A program made the translations under genes and the position numbers. From the NCBI GenBank assembly GCA_905181595.1, contig CAJIYI010000001.1, positions 79,291-143,290 on the forward strand: DNA of 64,000 nucleotides, written 5' to 3'. The stretch is from an uncultured SAR86 cluster bacterium (GTDB lineage Bacteria > Pseudomonadota > Gammaproteobacteria > Magnimaribacterales > D2472). This document shows positions 45,970-56,370 of the stretch, one piece after another (the first letter of the stretch is position 1; each line of letters opens with the position of its first letter). Below the pieces are notes generated by a model. That model did not search any database. It was not told where the DNA came from and saw nothing but the letters and a program-made list of their open reading frames with translations.

Positions 45970-47508
45970 CTAATGTCGAAAGTGACGAGTAGCAGTAAAT
46001 ACCATTGCAATATTATTTTCATCAGCTGCTGCAATTACTTCCTCATCTCTAATTGAGCCACCTGGTTGGATAATTGCAGCTATGCCACTTTCAGCCGCTT
46101 TATCAATTCCATCTCTAAATGGAAAAAATGCATCTGAAGACATGACAGCTCCCTTTACTATTAAGCCTTCATTTTTTGCTTTGAGGTTTGCAATATCAGC
46201 ACTTATCACTCGGCTCATTTGCCCAGCACCTATACCAATGGTTTGTTTGTTCTTAACGTATACAATCGCATTTGATTTAACAAATTTTGCAACTGTCCAT
46301 GCAAACATTAAATCTTGAAGTTCAGCAGGCGAGGGCTGTCTCTTGGTCACACATTGAAGATCTTGCTCAGGCACTGAAAAAGTATCGTCACTTTGAATTA
46401 ATATTCCACCTGAGACCTTTTTAATCATCCCAGGGTAAGGATTGTCTTGCTCTAGATCGACACAAAGAACTCGCATATTTTTTTTCCCAGCAAATGCCGC
46501 AAGCGCACCTTCAGAAAAACCAGGAGCTAAAACTACCTCAACAAACTGCCGAGAATTAATTTCTTCAGCTGTCTGATCATCCACAGGCTGGTTAAATGCG
46601 ATTATTCCTCCAAACGCTGAAGTAGGGTCTGTTTTAAATGCTAAATCATAAGCCTCAAATGCAGAGCTAGCTTCAGCTACTCCACAAGGATTAGCATGCT
46701 TAACAATCACACATGCTGGTCCTGAAAACTCTCTGACACACTCCCATGCTGCATCAGCATCCACAATATTATTATAGGAAAGCTCTTTGCCCTGAATAAT
46801 ATCAGCGTTGGCAATGTTGCGATGTTTCAATCCAGAAAAAGTTAGCATCTGCGCAGACTGATGAGGGTTTTCTCCGTATCTCAAAGTGCTAGATTTTTCA
46901 AAACTATAATTAGGCAACCCAGTCGTTTCATCGGCAAGATACTCAGAAATTGCTAAGTTGTAATCTGCCATCAGAGCAAAGACTTTTTGAGATAGCTGCT
47001 TGCGAAACTCATAGGAGATGCCGCCTTGCTCTGACCATTCAGACATTAGGACAGAATAATCTTGTGGATTAGTAATTACAGCAACATCCTTAAAGTTTTT
47101 TGCAGCTGAGCGGATCATCGTAGGTCCGCCAATATCAATCTTTTCGATGGCATCTTCAAAAGAACAATCTGAGGCTATAGTTTCTTTAAATGGGTACAGA
47201 TTGACTATTACTAAATCTATAACCTCATAACCTCTCTCTTCAAGAACTCCCATGTCTTGATCCCTTCTTGCTAAAATACCTGCATGAATTTTAGGATGAA
47301 GAGTCTTGACTCTTCCATCCATCATTTCTTCAAAACCAGTAAAATCAGAGACTTCAATGACCTCATCTGTAATCTTCTTAATGGCTTGGTATGTCCCACC
47401 TGTGGAAATCATTTTTACATTTTGAGAGAGCAAAAAACTTATAAGCTCTTCCAGATTCGTTTTATCAGACAGACTGATTAAAGCTGTTTTTGGCTTAATA
47501 AGATTCAT
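45970..47508 (-). CDS. purH: bifunctional AICAR transformylase / IMP cyclohydrolase
   Basis: 512-aa ORF with ALISLSDKTN (MGS-like domain), GGILARR-type blocks and the terminal TATRHFRH. Confidence 0.94.
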   Translation of the reverse strand: MNLIKPKTALISLSDKTNLEELISFLLSQNVKMISTGGTYQAIKKITDEVIEVSDFTGFEEMMDGRVKTLHPKIHAGILARRDQDMGVLEERGYEVIDLVIVNLYPFKETIASDCSFEDAIEKIDIGGPTMIRSAAKNFKDVAVITNPQDYSVLMSEWSEQGGISYEFRKQLSQKVFALMADYNLAISEYLADETTGLPNYSFEKSSTLRYGENPHQSAQMLTFSGLKHRNIANADIIQGKELSYNNIVDADAAWECVREFSGPACVIVKHANPCGVAEASSAFEAYDLAFKTDPTSAFGGIIAFNQPVDDQTAEEINSRQFVEVVLAPGFSEGALAAFAGKKNMRVLCVDLEQDNPYPGMIKKVSGGILIQSDDTFSVPEQDLQCVTKRQPSPAELQDLMFAWTVAKFVKSNAIVYVKNKQTIGIGAGQMSRVISADIANLKAKNEGLIVKGAVMSSDAFFPFRDGIDKAAESGIAAIIQPGGSIRDEEVIAAADENNIAMVFTATRHFRH

Positions 47509-47774
47509 AATTTTTCCATAATTTGATATTGATGTAATTTTTTTCTTAAAGTTGCACGATTAAGACCAAGGATTGCCGCAGCCTTTGATTGATTGTGGTT
47601 GGTAAATCGCATGACCGCTATTAATAATTCTGGTTCAACCTCAGCCATGACCATCTCATAAACATTTGCTGGCTCAACATCACCCAAAGCCTTGAAATAT
47701 TTATTCATGGCTTTTTTGACTTGCTCGCTTAGAGTCTTGGACTTTGAACTTTTATTATCTGTCTTATTAGCCAT
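47505..47774 (-). CDS. fis: nucleoid-associated DNA-binding protein Fis
   Basis: 89-aa ORF with VYEMVMAEVEPELL...NQSKAAAILGLNRATLRKKL, colinear with E. coli Fis. The fis-purH-purD order matches pseudomonads. Confidence 0.88.
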   Translation of the reverse strand: MANKTDNKSSKSKTLSEQVKKAMNKYFKALGDVEPANVYEMVMAEVEPELLIAVMRFTNHNQSKAAAILGLNRATLRKKLHQYQIMEKL

Positions 47775-47835
47775 TCGATGAAGTTACTGCGCAAAGTCTA
47801 AAGTTTACATCTGATTAAAAATTGCTCAACTGTAT

Positions 47836-48396
47836 TTATAGATTAATTACAGTTTTTTTATCATCGCCAAGCATCAATTTAACTAAAGAGCCATTTTCGA
47901 GCCATATTTCAGTTCTTGATGTGTATCCTGGATGAAAATACGCAATAGTATTTTGTTTGGTGAGATATGAGGCTAGAACATTGATCACCATAAAGTGAGT
48001 TGTCACAATGGCATTGCCTTTGTAGCCTTCAAGCCAATGAATTAAATTATGACGCCAGGTTTTCACTGCGTCAGGCAACTCGTCAAGAGGCGCTTCAAAG
48101 ACTTGCTTTAGCCAAGCCTGCTTTTTCTCGCTTGCGATATCAGCAGAGGGAATTTCAATAAAATTATTATTGATAGCAAAATCTCTTTTTTGCTTGAGTG
48201 CAATTGGTTCCATAGTCTCAATAGCTCTACTTTTTGGGCTGGATAATAATTCATAAGAAGAAAATTTTTCTGTAAATTCCTCGCTGACATTTTTGGCTTG
48301 AATAGCTCCATCTGAGCTTAGACCTGGATCAGGATGCTGGGACCAAGAGGAGGCTGCCTCCCCATGACGAACCAATATTATGTGAGTTTGAGTCAT
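47836..48396 (-). CDS. histidine phosphatase superfamily protein (SixA/PGM-like)
   Basis: 186-aa ORF with the N-terminal ILVRHGEA (RHG) catalytic motif and a later TTHFMVI block. Confidence 0.7.
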   Translation of the reverse strand: MTQTHIILVRHGEAASSWSQHPDPGLSSDGAIQAKNVSEEFTEKFSSYELLSSPKSRAIETMEPIALKQKRDFAINNNFIEIPSADIASEKKQAWLKQVFEAPLDELPDAVKTWRHNLIHWLEGYKGNAIVTTHFMVINVLASYLTKQNTIAYFHPGYTSRTEIWLENGSLVKLMLGDDKKTVINL

Positions 48397-48424
48397 ATGA
48401 AAAAATACCGATTATAATTAAAGT

Positions 48425-49168
48425 ATGAGAACACCTAGAATTTTATGTGAAGAACTTAGCTCCCCATCTATTCAGTACACAAACATAAAACAAATTCATC
48501 ACCTTGCCAAGGTTCTAAGAGTAAAGCCTGGGGATTCAGTTCAGTTATTTGATGGCAAAGGTAACGTTGCTGCTGCAAAAATTAATGAGCTATCAAAACA
48601 GTCTATTCACTTTTTAATTGATGAAGTGTATGCAGAGAAAAATCCATACCGAATGAATTATCAGGCAATTTTTCCGTACATTAAAAAAGACAATTTAATT
48701 TTTCTAATTCAAAAATTAACAGAAATCGGAATTAACTCACTGGTAATTTTCAAACCAGATCATATTGATCAATCTTTAGTTAAAAAAGATATGGGTAAGT
48801 TAAATGAAAAAATTGAAGAGGCTATTATTCATGCATGCGAGCAATCGGGTTGTAACTTTATGCCTACGGTGAAATATTTTAAGGGTTTAGATGATGCTCT
48901 CGAGCATGCAACAACAGAGACTGAATCCGGAGATATATTTGTACTTGATACAATTGCTGATAAATTATCAGGAGATCTTCTTAAATCTAACGCGAAAATG
49001 ATCAGCTTTATTACCGGACCAGAATCAGGCTTCTCAAACAATGAGAGAGCGCTGATGGCGCAAAAAAAAATATCAAACTATCGCTTGGGCCATTATATTT
49101 TGCGAGCAGAAACTGCCCCCTTAGTCACACTATCCAAACTGCATACATTGAATGGTGAAAACGCATGA
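48425..49168 (+). CDS. rsmE: 16S rRNA (uracil1498-N3)-methyltransferase
   Basis: 247-aa ORF with HHLAKVLRVKPGD (PUA-like N-terminus) and C-terminal GPESGFS...LGHYILRAETA SPOUT blocks. Confidence 0.88.
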   Translation: MRTPRILCEELSSPSIQYTNIKQIHHLAKVLRVKPGDSVQLFDGKGNVAAAKINELSKQSIHFLIDEVYAEKNPYRMNYQAIFPYIKKDNLIFLIQKLTEIGINSLVIFKPDHIDQSLVKKDMGKLNEKIEEAIIHACEQSGCNFMPTVKYFKGLDDALEHATTETESGDIFVLDTIADKLSGDLLKSNAKMISFITGPESGFSNNERALMAQKKISNYRLGHYILRAETAPLVTLSKLHTLNGENA

Positions 49169-50097
49169 ATAACACCACATCATTATTTATTACAGATCCA
49201 TTGCATGATTTGAATCCAAAGAAAGATACAACAATCTTGTGGATGCAAGAAATTTCTGCTCAAGGAGGTCAGGTTTTTCAATGTGAGATGAGCGACTTAA
49301 TTTATAGCGATGGTCTTACTCAAGCCATGGCATCTGAAATCCCGGATACTCTCTCTCAGCCACAAACAGCCAATGCATCTGATGGATTAATTCCCTTGAA
49401 TGAATTTAATTATGTGTTTATGAGAAAAGATCCGCCTGTGGATGAAAATTATATGAATGCACTTCATCTTTTGTCTCAGGCAAAGCATGAGGGAGCCAAG
49501 GTGATGAATGATCCCGATGCATTAAAAATATTTAATGAAAAAGTATTTGCTCTAAGGTTTAGTCAGTGGATGCCAGATACTCAAGTGATTTGCAGGGAAG
49601 ATGATTTACTGAACTTTAAAAATAAATACCAAACAATTATTTTGAAACCCCTGGATGGAATGGGCGGAGAGTCGATATATAAATTTGAAGAAATTACTGC
49701 TGAGCATTTAAAGATATTTAAAGATCTTACCAACAACTACCAAACTATGGTTATGGTGCAGAATTTTTTACCTGAGATTTATGAAGGCGATTACAGAATT
49801 TTAATTATTAATGGCAAGCCTTTCCCTATGACTTTAGCCAGAATCCCTCAGGGCAATAACTTTAAAGGCAATCTTGCAGCAGGTGGAAAAGGCGAAGCAA
49901 GACCGCTGAACCCTAAGCAGCAAGAAGTGGGTGAAGCAATTGGGGATTTACTTTTGGCAGAGGGCATTACTTTTGCTGGAATCGATATGATCGGTGATTT
50001 CTTGACTGAAATTAATGTTACAAGCCCAACTGGGGCTCGAGAAATTTTAGAACAAACACAGCAAAATCCAATACAGGCACTCTTAGAATCCTTTTAG
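49165..50097 (+). CDS. gshB: glutathione synthetase
   Basis: 310-aa ATP-grasp ORF with FMRKDPP, ILKPLDGMGG, GDYRILIING and EINVTSPTG blocks. Confidence 0.92.
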   Translation: MNNTTSLFITDPLHDLNPKKDTTILWMQEISAQGGQVFQCEMSDLIYSDGLTQAMASEIPDTLSQPQTANASDGLIPLNEFNYVFMRKDPPVDENYMNALHLLSQAKHEGAKVMNDPDALKIFNEKVFALRFSQWMPDTQVICREDDLLNFKNKYQTIILKPLDGMGGESIYKFEEITAEHLKIFKDLTNNYQTMVMVQNFLPEIYEGDYRILIINGKPFPMTLARIPQGNNFKGNLAAGGKGEARPLNPKQQEVGEAIGDLLLAEGITFAGIDMIGDFLTEINVTSPTGAREILEQTQQNPIQALLESF

Positions 50098-50099
50098 CT

Positions 50100-50717
50100 A
50101 TGCAGCCTTTAATCTATAAACAACGAATGCAACGATGGGGATTCCGTAAATCTTTCTTCGTATCTGTTGGATTTCATTGTTTTGTTTTATTTGGCATTAG
50201 CTTTGCAGTGATTCAACAGCCATGGCAGTTTCAGGAAGAAACAATTGTAAATGTTAAATTTGCAAATGCAGCATTTGATATGAAAGGACAGTCTTTTGGT
50301 GATGAGGTGATGTCTGAGCGAAACATGAAACCTGGCGCTTTGGTTACGCAAGATGTAACGCTGCAAAATGATTCTCAGTTCAGTGTGAGGCGCTTGGAGT
50401 CAAATTCATCGCTAGAAAGCTTTGAAGCTGTTTATCTCAATGCCTGGCAAAGGAAGATTGAAACAGCAGGGTATTATGAGATTGCAGACTCCAAGATTAT
50501 TCAAGGAAGTTTTAGAGTGCAGCTTAAATCTGTTATTGATGCTCAGGGGAATCTTTTGGCTGCTGAGATTTTACAATCTTCTGGGAACTCCGCTGTGGAT
50601 GCCATGGCACTCAGAATCCTAAGAAACTCTTCACCCTTTCAGCCGTTTCCTGGGGATATGCTAGCGCGTTATTCTCAGCTTGAAATTGTAAGAGACTGGA
50701 ATTTTACGAGCTCCTGA
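50100..50717 (+). CDS. TonB C-terminal-domain protein (energy-transducer-like)
   Basis: 205-aa ORF with one N-terminal TM helix and a C-terminal G-x-V-x-L-x-V...G-x-V...SSGNSAVD-type TonB-C fold pattern. It has the same position after gshB as the TonB3-type gene in Pseudomonas. Confidence 0.55.
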   Translation: MQPLIYKQRMQRWGFRKSFFVSVGFHCFVLFGISFAVIQQPWQFQEETIVNVKFANAAFDMKGQSFGDEVMSERNMKPGALVTQDVTLQNDSQFSVRRLESNSSLESFEAVYLNAWQRKIETAGYYEIADSKIIQGSFRVQLKSVIDAQGNLLAAEILQSSGNSAVDAMALRILRNSSPFQPFPGDMLARYSQLEIVRDWNFTSS

Positions 50718-50719
50718 TC

Positions 50720-51124
50720 ATGCAAATCCTTGCCTTTGATTATGGAACCAAGCATATTGGTATTGCTGTTGGTCAAACTATTACTAAGACTTCTTCGCCC
50801 CTCATGATCTTAAATGTTAAACAAGAAGGCCCAGATATTTGGCAGACTATTTGTGCATTGGTTGAGGAGTGGAAGCCTGATAGATTGCTTGTAGGACAGC
50901 CGTTAAATATGGATGGAACGCCAAGCGATATGATGAAACAGGTGAATAAGTTTTACGTAAGACTGCAAAAAGAAACTCAGATTGAATGTGAGCTCGTGGA
51001 TGAGAGATTAACTTCGTTCGAAGCAAAACAGCTGACTGAATCAGATTCAAAATCAGTGCGGATTGATGATCTAGCGGCAAAAATATTTCTTGATAATTGG
51101 ATGGAGCATCATGTCAATTCCTAG
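50720..51124 (+). CDS. ruvX: putative pre-16S rRNA nuclease / Holliday-junction-resolvase-like YqgF
   Basis: 134-aa ORF starting ILAFDYGTKHIGIAVG, followed by PLNMDGT and DERLTS blocks. Confidence 0.9.
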   Translation: MQILAFDYGTKHIGIAVGQTITKTSSPLMILNVKQEGPDIWQTICALVEEWKPDRLLVGQPLNMDGTPSDMMKQVNKFYVRLQKETQIECELVDERLTSFEAKQLTESDSKSVRIDDLAAKIFLDNWMEHHVNS

Positions 51125-52868
51125 CAGTTTTATTGATCAGCTAATTGATCAAGCAGATATTGTTGAGGTGGTTGGCAGGAGGCTGCAGCTTAATAAAAAA
51201 GGATCAAATTTCTGGTGTCTATGCCCATTTCATGACGACTCAAACCCATCCATGGCAGTGAATCAGGATAAGCAGTTTTTTTATTGCTTTGTTTGCCAAG
51301 AGTCTGGCAATGCAATCCATTTTTTAAGGCAATATGAAAATTTAGATTTTGTGGATGCCATTGAAACACTGGCCAGTTCATTGGGCTTAACTGTGCCGTA
51401 TGAAAATGGCAAGCAGGATAAAATTAAACCAAGCGGTTTAGTTGAGCAAGCTGTGAGGTTTTATCAAAAAAATCTTAATAACCAAATCGCAGAAAAGGCT
51501 ATTCAATATCTTAAAGACAGAAGTATTTCAGGCGAGACAGCTAAGAAATTTAATATAGGTTTTGCTGAAGACAAATGGGATGCATTGTCCAATCATCTTG
51601 GCAAGGATATACCGGTAAATGAACTGGAAGCTTCAGGCCTTTTCAGCCATAAAGATAACAAATTCTATGACAGATTCAGAGGGAGAATTATTTTCCCAAT
51701 CAGAAATATCAAAGGTGAATTTATCGCTATGGGAGGAAGAATTATTGATGAGGGAGAGCCCAAGTATCTTAATTCTCCAGAAACGGCATTTTTTAATAAA
51801 TCCAATGAATTGTTTGGGCTATTTGAGGTCAAAGAGGCTGAAAAGAAAATAGCTTCTTTAATCGTTGTAGAAGGTTACATGGATGTTATTGGTTTGTATC
51901 AGCATGGGATTAAAAATGCTGTAGCAACTCTTGGAACAGCTGTGACTCCAAGCCATGTGGCTAAAATCATGCGTTACACCAATAAAATATTCTTTGCTTT
52001 TGATGGCGATCTAGCTGGCGGCAAGGCTGCTTGGAAAGCTGTGGAAAATACTTTTCCAATCATCAGAGAAGACGTAAATATTCATTTTGTTTTTTTTGAA
52101 GCAGATCATGATCCAGATTCATTTATCAATGAGTATGGGCTGCAAGCTTTTCAAAAACTGCTAGATGAATCCATCTCATTATCAGAATATTTTTTATCTA
52201 AGATCAAAGATTTTAATTTAGAGACTTTAGAAGGAAGAGCTCAGGCTGCAGCATTTGCAATTCCTGTAATTCATAAAATTAATAACGCTGTTATTAAAGA
52301 AATCTATGCAAACGAGGTATCGCAACTTTGCGGCATGGACGTAAAAACTATGCATGTGCCCAAAGATTCATATAAAACGAATCAAAATGCCAATCAAAAC
52401 CCAGCTAATCCAGTTATTCCAGTCAGAGTTAAGGCATTAATTAATATTTTTAGTGCATTATTGAAGCATCCGACTCTAGCGCAGGAAGAAATATTTAAAG
52501 GTTTAAAGGAGGACGTTAAATTTACTTTCTTATTTGATGTCATTGCTCTTTATCAGCAATCTCCAGATATTAAACCTTCAAGAGTCCTAGAAAGCCTAGA
52601 ATCATCGCAAATTCAGGGATATTTCTCGCAAGCAGTCATCGCAGAGCTTGATTTATCTGAGGAAAACGCCCTAAAACTGATTGAGGATTGCATCAACGTA
52701 TTGCTAAAAAATCAAAAAGATAGAGAGCAAATTCTCAAAGACAAGTATAATGTCACCTCGATCACCAAGGTGGAAAGAAGAGATTTACAAAAAATCATCT
52801 TAAACAAAGAAGAAATATCAGATGATGATCGAGATTGGTTAAAAAAATTAAGTTCAAATCAGGATTGA
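51111..52868 (+). CDS. dnaG: DNA primase
   Basis: The track ORF begins with a TTG at 51090. The ATG at 51111 is preceded by GGAG. The product has a zinc ribbon (CLCPFHDDSNPSM...YCFVCQESGN), RFRGRIIFPI, and a TOPRIM domain (VVEGYMDV, DGDLAG). Confidence 0.93.
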   Translation: MSIPSSFIDQLIDQADIVEVVGRRLQLNKKGSNFWCLCPFHDDSNPSMAVNQDKQFFYCFVCQESGNAIHFLRQYENLDFVDAIETLASSLGLTVPYENGKQDKIKPSGLVEQAVRFYQKNLNNQIAEKAIQYLKDRSISGETAKKFNIGFAEDKWDALSNHLGKDIPVNELEASGLFSHKDNKFYDRFRGRIIFPIRNIKGEFIAMGGRIIDEGEPKYLNSPETAFFNKSNELFGLFEVKEAEKKIASLIVVEGYMDVIGLYQHGIKNAVATLGTAVTPSHVAKIMRYTNKIFFAFDGDLAGGKAAWKAVENTFPIIREDVNIHFVFFEADHDPDSFINEYGLQAFQKLLDESISLSEYFLSKIKDFNLETLEGRAQAAAFAIPVIHKINNAVIKEIYANEVSQLCGMDVKTMHVPKDSYKTNQNANQNPANPVIPVRVKALINIFSALLKHPTLAQEEIFKGLKEDVKFTFLFDVIALYQQSPDIKPSRVLESLESSQIQGYFSQAVIAELDLSEENALKLIEDCINVLLKNQKDREQILKDKYNVTSITKVERRDLQKIILNKEEISDDDRDWLKKLSSNQD

Positions 52869-52919
52869 AAAACTCAAGTTTGACATCACATAGAAGGAAC
52901 GTATTTAAAGAGGCATTGA

Positions 52920-54728
52920 GTGGATAAGTTAAAAAAACAAGGTTCTAGAATCGCAGAATTAATTGAGAAAGGCCGAGAGCAGGGCTATCTCACCTATGCA
53001 GATGTAAACGATCACTTGCCTGAGGATATTTCTGATCCCGATCAGGTAGATGAAATTATCGGCATGATTAACGATTTGGGCCTTCAAGTCCATGAAACTG
53101 CGCCTGATGCAGACACACTTATGCTCTCTTCAGAGTCTAACGATGATCAAGACGAAATAGCACTTGAGCAAGCTGCAGAAGCTTTGGCTGCTGTAGAAAA
53201 TGAAACAGGCAGAACAACAGATCCAGTTCGCATGTACATGCGAGAAATGGGCACGGTAGACCTACTAACAAGAGAAGGTGAGATTGAGATTGCCAAGAGA
53301 ATCGAAGAGGGGATGAGAGACCTTCTAGATGCCAGTGTAAATTATCCAGGCATTGTTGAGCACATTATTGATTTCTATGAACTTGTAAAACTAGAAGAGA
53401 AAAAGTTAAGCGAACTTTTAACTGGATTCTTGGAAGAAATGGAAGAAGTCCCATCGGCTGGACCTGGAAGTGAGAAAGCCAAGCAACTTGAAGAAAGCGA
53501 TGAAGAAGTAGATAACGGACCAGATCTAGTTGAAGTCAAAAAACGAATGACTAACCTGAAGCGTCAATTTAATAAGACGCATAAAGTGGTCGAATCCAAG
53601 GGAAGACATTCAAAAGAAGCAAAAGCAGAATTTGTAAAATTAGGCCTGATATTTAAATTCTTAAAATTCTCACCAAAAATGTTCGAAGATTTAGCATTTA
53701 TTGCTCGCAAAGATCTTGCGGAACTTCGATTGCATGAAAAAAGAATTCAATATCTTTGTGTTAAATCAGCAAAAATCCCTAGAAAAGACTTTATCGGTAT
53801 GTTTCATGACAATGTGACTAAAGTGAAATGGATGGATTCGCTGATGACCAACAAAAAGTATTCTAAGAAATCTTTAGAGCACATCAAGCCAGATGTAGTG
53901 ATTGCACAGAAATCTATCAAAGCGATGGAAGATCGAGTGGGTCTTAATATTAAAGACATTAGAGATATTAACCGAGCCATGTCCATGGGCGGAACAAAAA
54001 TGCGTCGCGCTAAAAAAGATATGGTTGAAGCCAACTTAAGGTTGGTAATATCGATTGCTAAAAAATACACAAACCGAGGACTTCAATTTTTGGATCTGAT
54101 TCAAGAAGGCAACATTGGTTTAATGAAAGCAGTCGATAAGTTTGAATACAGAAGAGGGTATAAATTTTCTACTTATGCGACCTGGTGGATTAGACAGGCC
54201 ATTACTAGATCTATTGCTGACCAAGCAAGAACTATTAGAATCCCAGTGCACATGATTGAAACCATTAATAAACTTAATAGGGTCTCACGTCAGATGATGC
54301 AGGATATGGGAAGAGAACCTACGCCTGAAGAACTAAGTAAAGAACTGGACATGCCTGAGGATAAGGTAAGAAAAGTTCTGAAGATTGCCAAAGAGCCAAT
54401 CTCCATGGAGACTCCAATAGGGGACGATGAAGATTCTAACTTAGGTGATTTTATTGAAGATACTGTAATTCATTCACCGCTTAAAAATGCCACTGAAGAC
54501 AGTCTTCACTTTGCAACCGACGATGTTCTATCATCTTTGACTGCAAGAGAAGCAAAAGTTCTGAGAATGCGTTTTGGCATTGGCATGAACACAGACCACA
54601 CGCTTGAAGAAGTTGGAAAACAGTTTGATGTAACCAGAGAAAGAATACGTCAGATAGAAGCTAAAGCTTTAAGAAAGCTTAGACATCCATCAAGATCAAG
54701 TCACCTGAAAAACTTCTTAGACGAATAG
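52920..54728 (+). CDS. rpoD: RNA polymerase primary sigma factor
   Basis: 602-aa ORF with a GTG start after AAAGAGG. It has region 1.1, an acidic spacer, region 2 ([39 protein letters not shown]) and region 4.2 ([32 protein letters not shown]). Confidence 0.95.
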   Translation: MDKLKKQGSRIAELIEKGREQGYLTYADVNDHLPEDISDPDQVDEIIGMINDLGLQVHETAPDADTLMLSSESNDDQDEIALEQAAEALAAVENETGRTTDPVRMYMREMGTVDLLTREGEIEIAKRIEEGMRDLLDASVNYPGIVEHIIDFYELVKLEEKKLSELLTGFLEEMEEVPSAGPGSEKAKQLEESDEEVDNGPDLVEVKKRMTNLKRQFNKTHKVVESKGRHSKEAKAEFVKLGLIFKFLKFSPKMFEDLAFIARKDLAELRLHEKRIQYLCVKSAKIPRKDFIGMFHDNVTKVKWMDSLMTNKKYSKKSLEHIKPDVVIAQKSIKAMEDRVGLNIKDIRDINRAMSMGGTKMRRAKKDMVEANLRLVISIAKKYTNRGLQFLDLIQEGNIGLMKAVDKFEYRRGYKFSTYATWWIRQAITRSIADQARTIRIPVHMIETINKLNRVSRQMMQDMGREPTPEELSKELDMPEDKVRKVLKIAKEPISMETPIGDDEDSNLGDFIEDTVIHSPLKNATEDSLHFATDDVLSSLTAREAKVLRMRFGIGMNTDHTLEEVGKQFDVTRERIRQIEAKALRKLRHPSRSSHLKNFLDE

Positions 54729-54733
54729 TTTTC

Positions 54734-54810
54734 GGGCCTGTAGCTCAGTTGGTTAGAGCAGTGGACTCATAATCCATTGGTCGGAGGTTCGAGTCCTCCC
54801 GGGCCCACCA
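54734..54810 (+). tRNA. ileX: tRNA with CAU anticodon, most likely tRNA-Ile2 (lysidine-modified); generic tools may call it Met
   Basis: GGGCCTGTAGCTCAGTTGGTTAGAGCAGTGGACTCATAATCCATTGGTCGGAGGTTCGAGTCCTCCCGGGCCCACCA folds as a cloverleaf with a 7-bp acceptor stem, anticodon loop CTCATAA and an encoded CCA. The C4-G69/C5-G68 acceptor pairs and TTGGTC variable loop resemble E. coli ileX more than elongator Met. Confidence 0.9.
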
Positions 54811-54823
54811 TTCAAGTTTTAGC

Positions 54824-56242
54824 TCATGGCATGATGACTGCTTTAGTCTCTAGACATTCTTCTAAGCCGTGAACGCCGTGCTCTCTTCCATTACCCGAAG
54901 ATTTGTAACCTCCAAAAGGTGCTCCTGTTCCTTTGGCTCCGCCATTGATGATCACTTGTCCTGCCCTAATCTTTCTTGCAACCTTGCTTGCGTGTTCAGG
55001 CTCACCTTGAACATATCCTGCTAATCCATACTCAGTATCATTGGCAATCTCTATGGCTTCTTCTTCAGAATCATATTTTAGGATTGATAAGACTGGGCCA
55101 AAAATTTCTTCTCTTGCAATGGTCATGTCATTGGTAACATTTGCAAAGACTGTTGGTTTGACATAAAAACCTTTCGTGTAACCTTCAGGCTTTTCAACAC
55201 CCCCAGCAACCAAAGTAGCGCCTTCGGCTATTCCTATTTCTATCATCTTAAGAATCTTTTCATATTGAGGCTTATTGGCTATAGGTCCAATTCTAAATTC
55301 TCCTTGAGGATCACCAACAGTTGTGCTGTTTGCAGTTTTGGTCGCAACTTCGACTGCTTTGTCATAATTTTTTGCAGAAACCAGCATTTTTGTTGGTGCA
55401 TTGCATGATTGCCCTGAGTTTAAAAAGCAATGTCCGGCACCGCCTCTCACTGATTTCTCAAGGTCTGCCACATCATCAAGGACTATATTAGAAGATTTGC
55501 CGCCAAGTTCTTGATGCACTCTTTTAACAGAAACAGCAGATGCTTGAGCAACAGCTATTCCGGCCTCAGTTGATCCTGTGAAAGACATCATCGCAACATC
55601 ACGGTGATCTGATAAGGCAGCTCCTACTATGGGGCCATATCCATTGACCACATTAAACACACCCGCTGGAACACCGGCTTTATCAAAGACTTCGGCAAGC
55701 AGCAGGGCACAATATGGAGAAATCTCACTTGGCTTTAAAACCATTGAGCATCCTGCCGCAAGAGCAGCCGATGCTTTTGTTGTTATTTGATTCATGGGCC
55801 AATTCCATGGTGTGATCATTCCCACCACTCCAATAGGCTCTCTAATTAAAGTGTAATCACCTTCTTTTTTTTCAAACTCGTATTCTTTAAGCGCATCCAA
55901 AGTTTCGTGTAAATTTTTAATTCCTGTTGATGCCTGAGCTTTATCTGAGAGCCAGATTGGAGCACCCATTTCTTCTGTAATAGTTTGAACTAAATCATCA
56001 TATCTATTTTCATATTCGGTAATAATATTGTTCAAGATCTCAATGCGATCTTCTTTTGTTGTTAATTGATATGTTTTAAAAGCTTCAGATGCTGCTGATA
56101 CTGCTTTATCAATATCACCCCTTGTTCCAGCAGTAACATGTCCTATAAGCTCTTCATTTGCAGGATTGATCACCTCAATTCTTTCATTTGATTCTGATTC
56201 AACCCATGTGCCATTGATATAAAACTGTAATTTATCTTTCAT
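54824..56242 (-). CDS. NAD(P)-dependent aldehyde dehydrogenase
   Basis: 472-aa ORF with WNWP, FTGSTEAG, catalytic ELGGKS and GQSCNAPT (Cys), and EEIFGPV blocks. Substrate cannot be assigned from sequence alone. Confidence 0.88.
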   Translation of the reverse strand: MKDKLQFYINGTWVESESNERIEVINPANEELIGHVTAGTRGDIDKAVSAASEAFKTYQLTTKEDRIEILNNIITEYENRYDDLVQTITEEMGAPIWLSDKAQASTGIKNLHETLDALKEYEFEKKEGDYTLIREPIGVVGMITPWNWPMNQITTKASAALAAGCSMVLKPSEISPYCALLLAEVFDKAGVPAGVFNVVNGYGPIVGAALSDHRDVAMMSFTGSTEAGIAVAQASAVSVKRVHQELGGKSSNIVLDDVADLEKSVRGGAGHCFLNSGQSCNAPTKMLVSAKNYDKAVEVATKTANSTTVGDPQGEFRIGPIANKPQYEKILKMIEIGIAEGATLVAGGVEKPEGYTKGFYVKPTVFANVTNDMTIAREEIFGPVLSILKYDSEEEAIEIANDTEYGLAGYVQGEPEHASKVARKIRAGQVIINGGAKGTGAPFGGYKSSGNGREHGVHGLEECLETKAVIMP

Positions 56243-56370
56243 GTTGAAATCCTATTAATCCGATGCTTAGCCTAACAAATTATCAAATACAGAGATTAGG
56301 CAACCATATGGTAACCAATAAGAAGAAAATAAAAAGCATGAATAATTGTAAAGATCTTTCAAAAAGAAAA

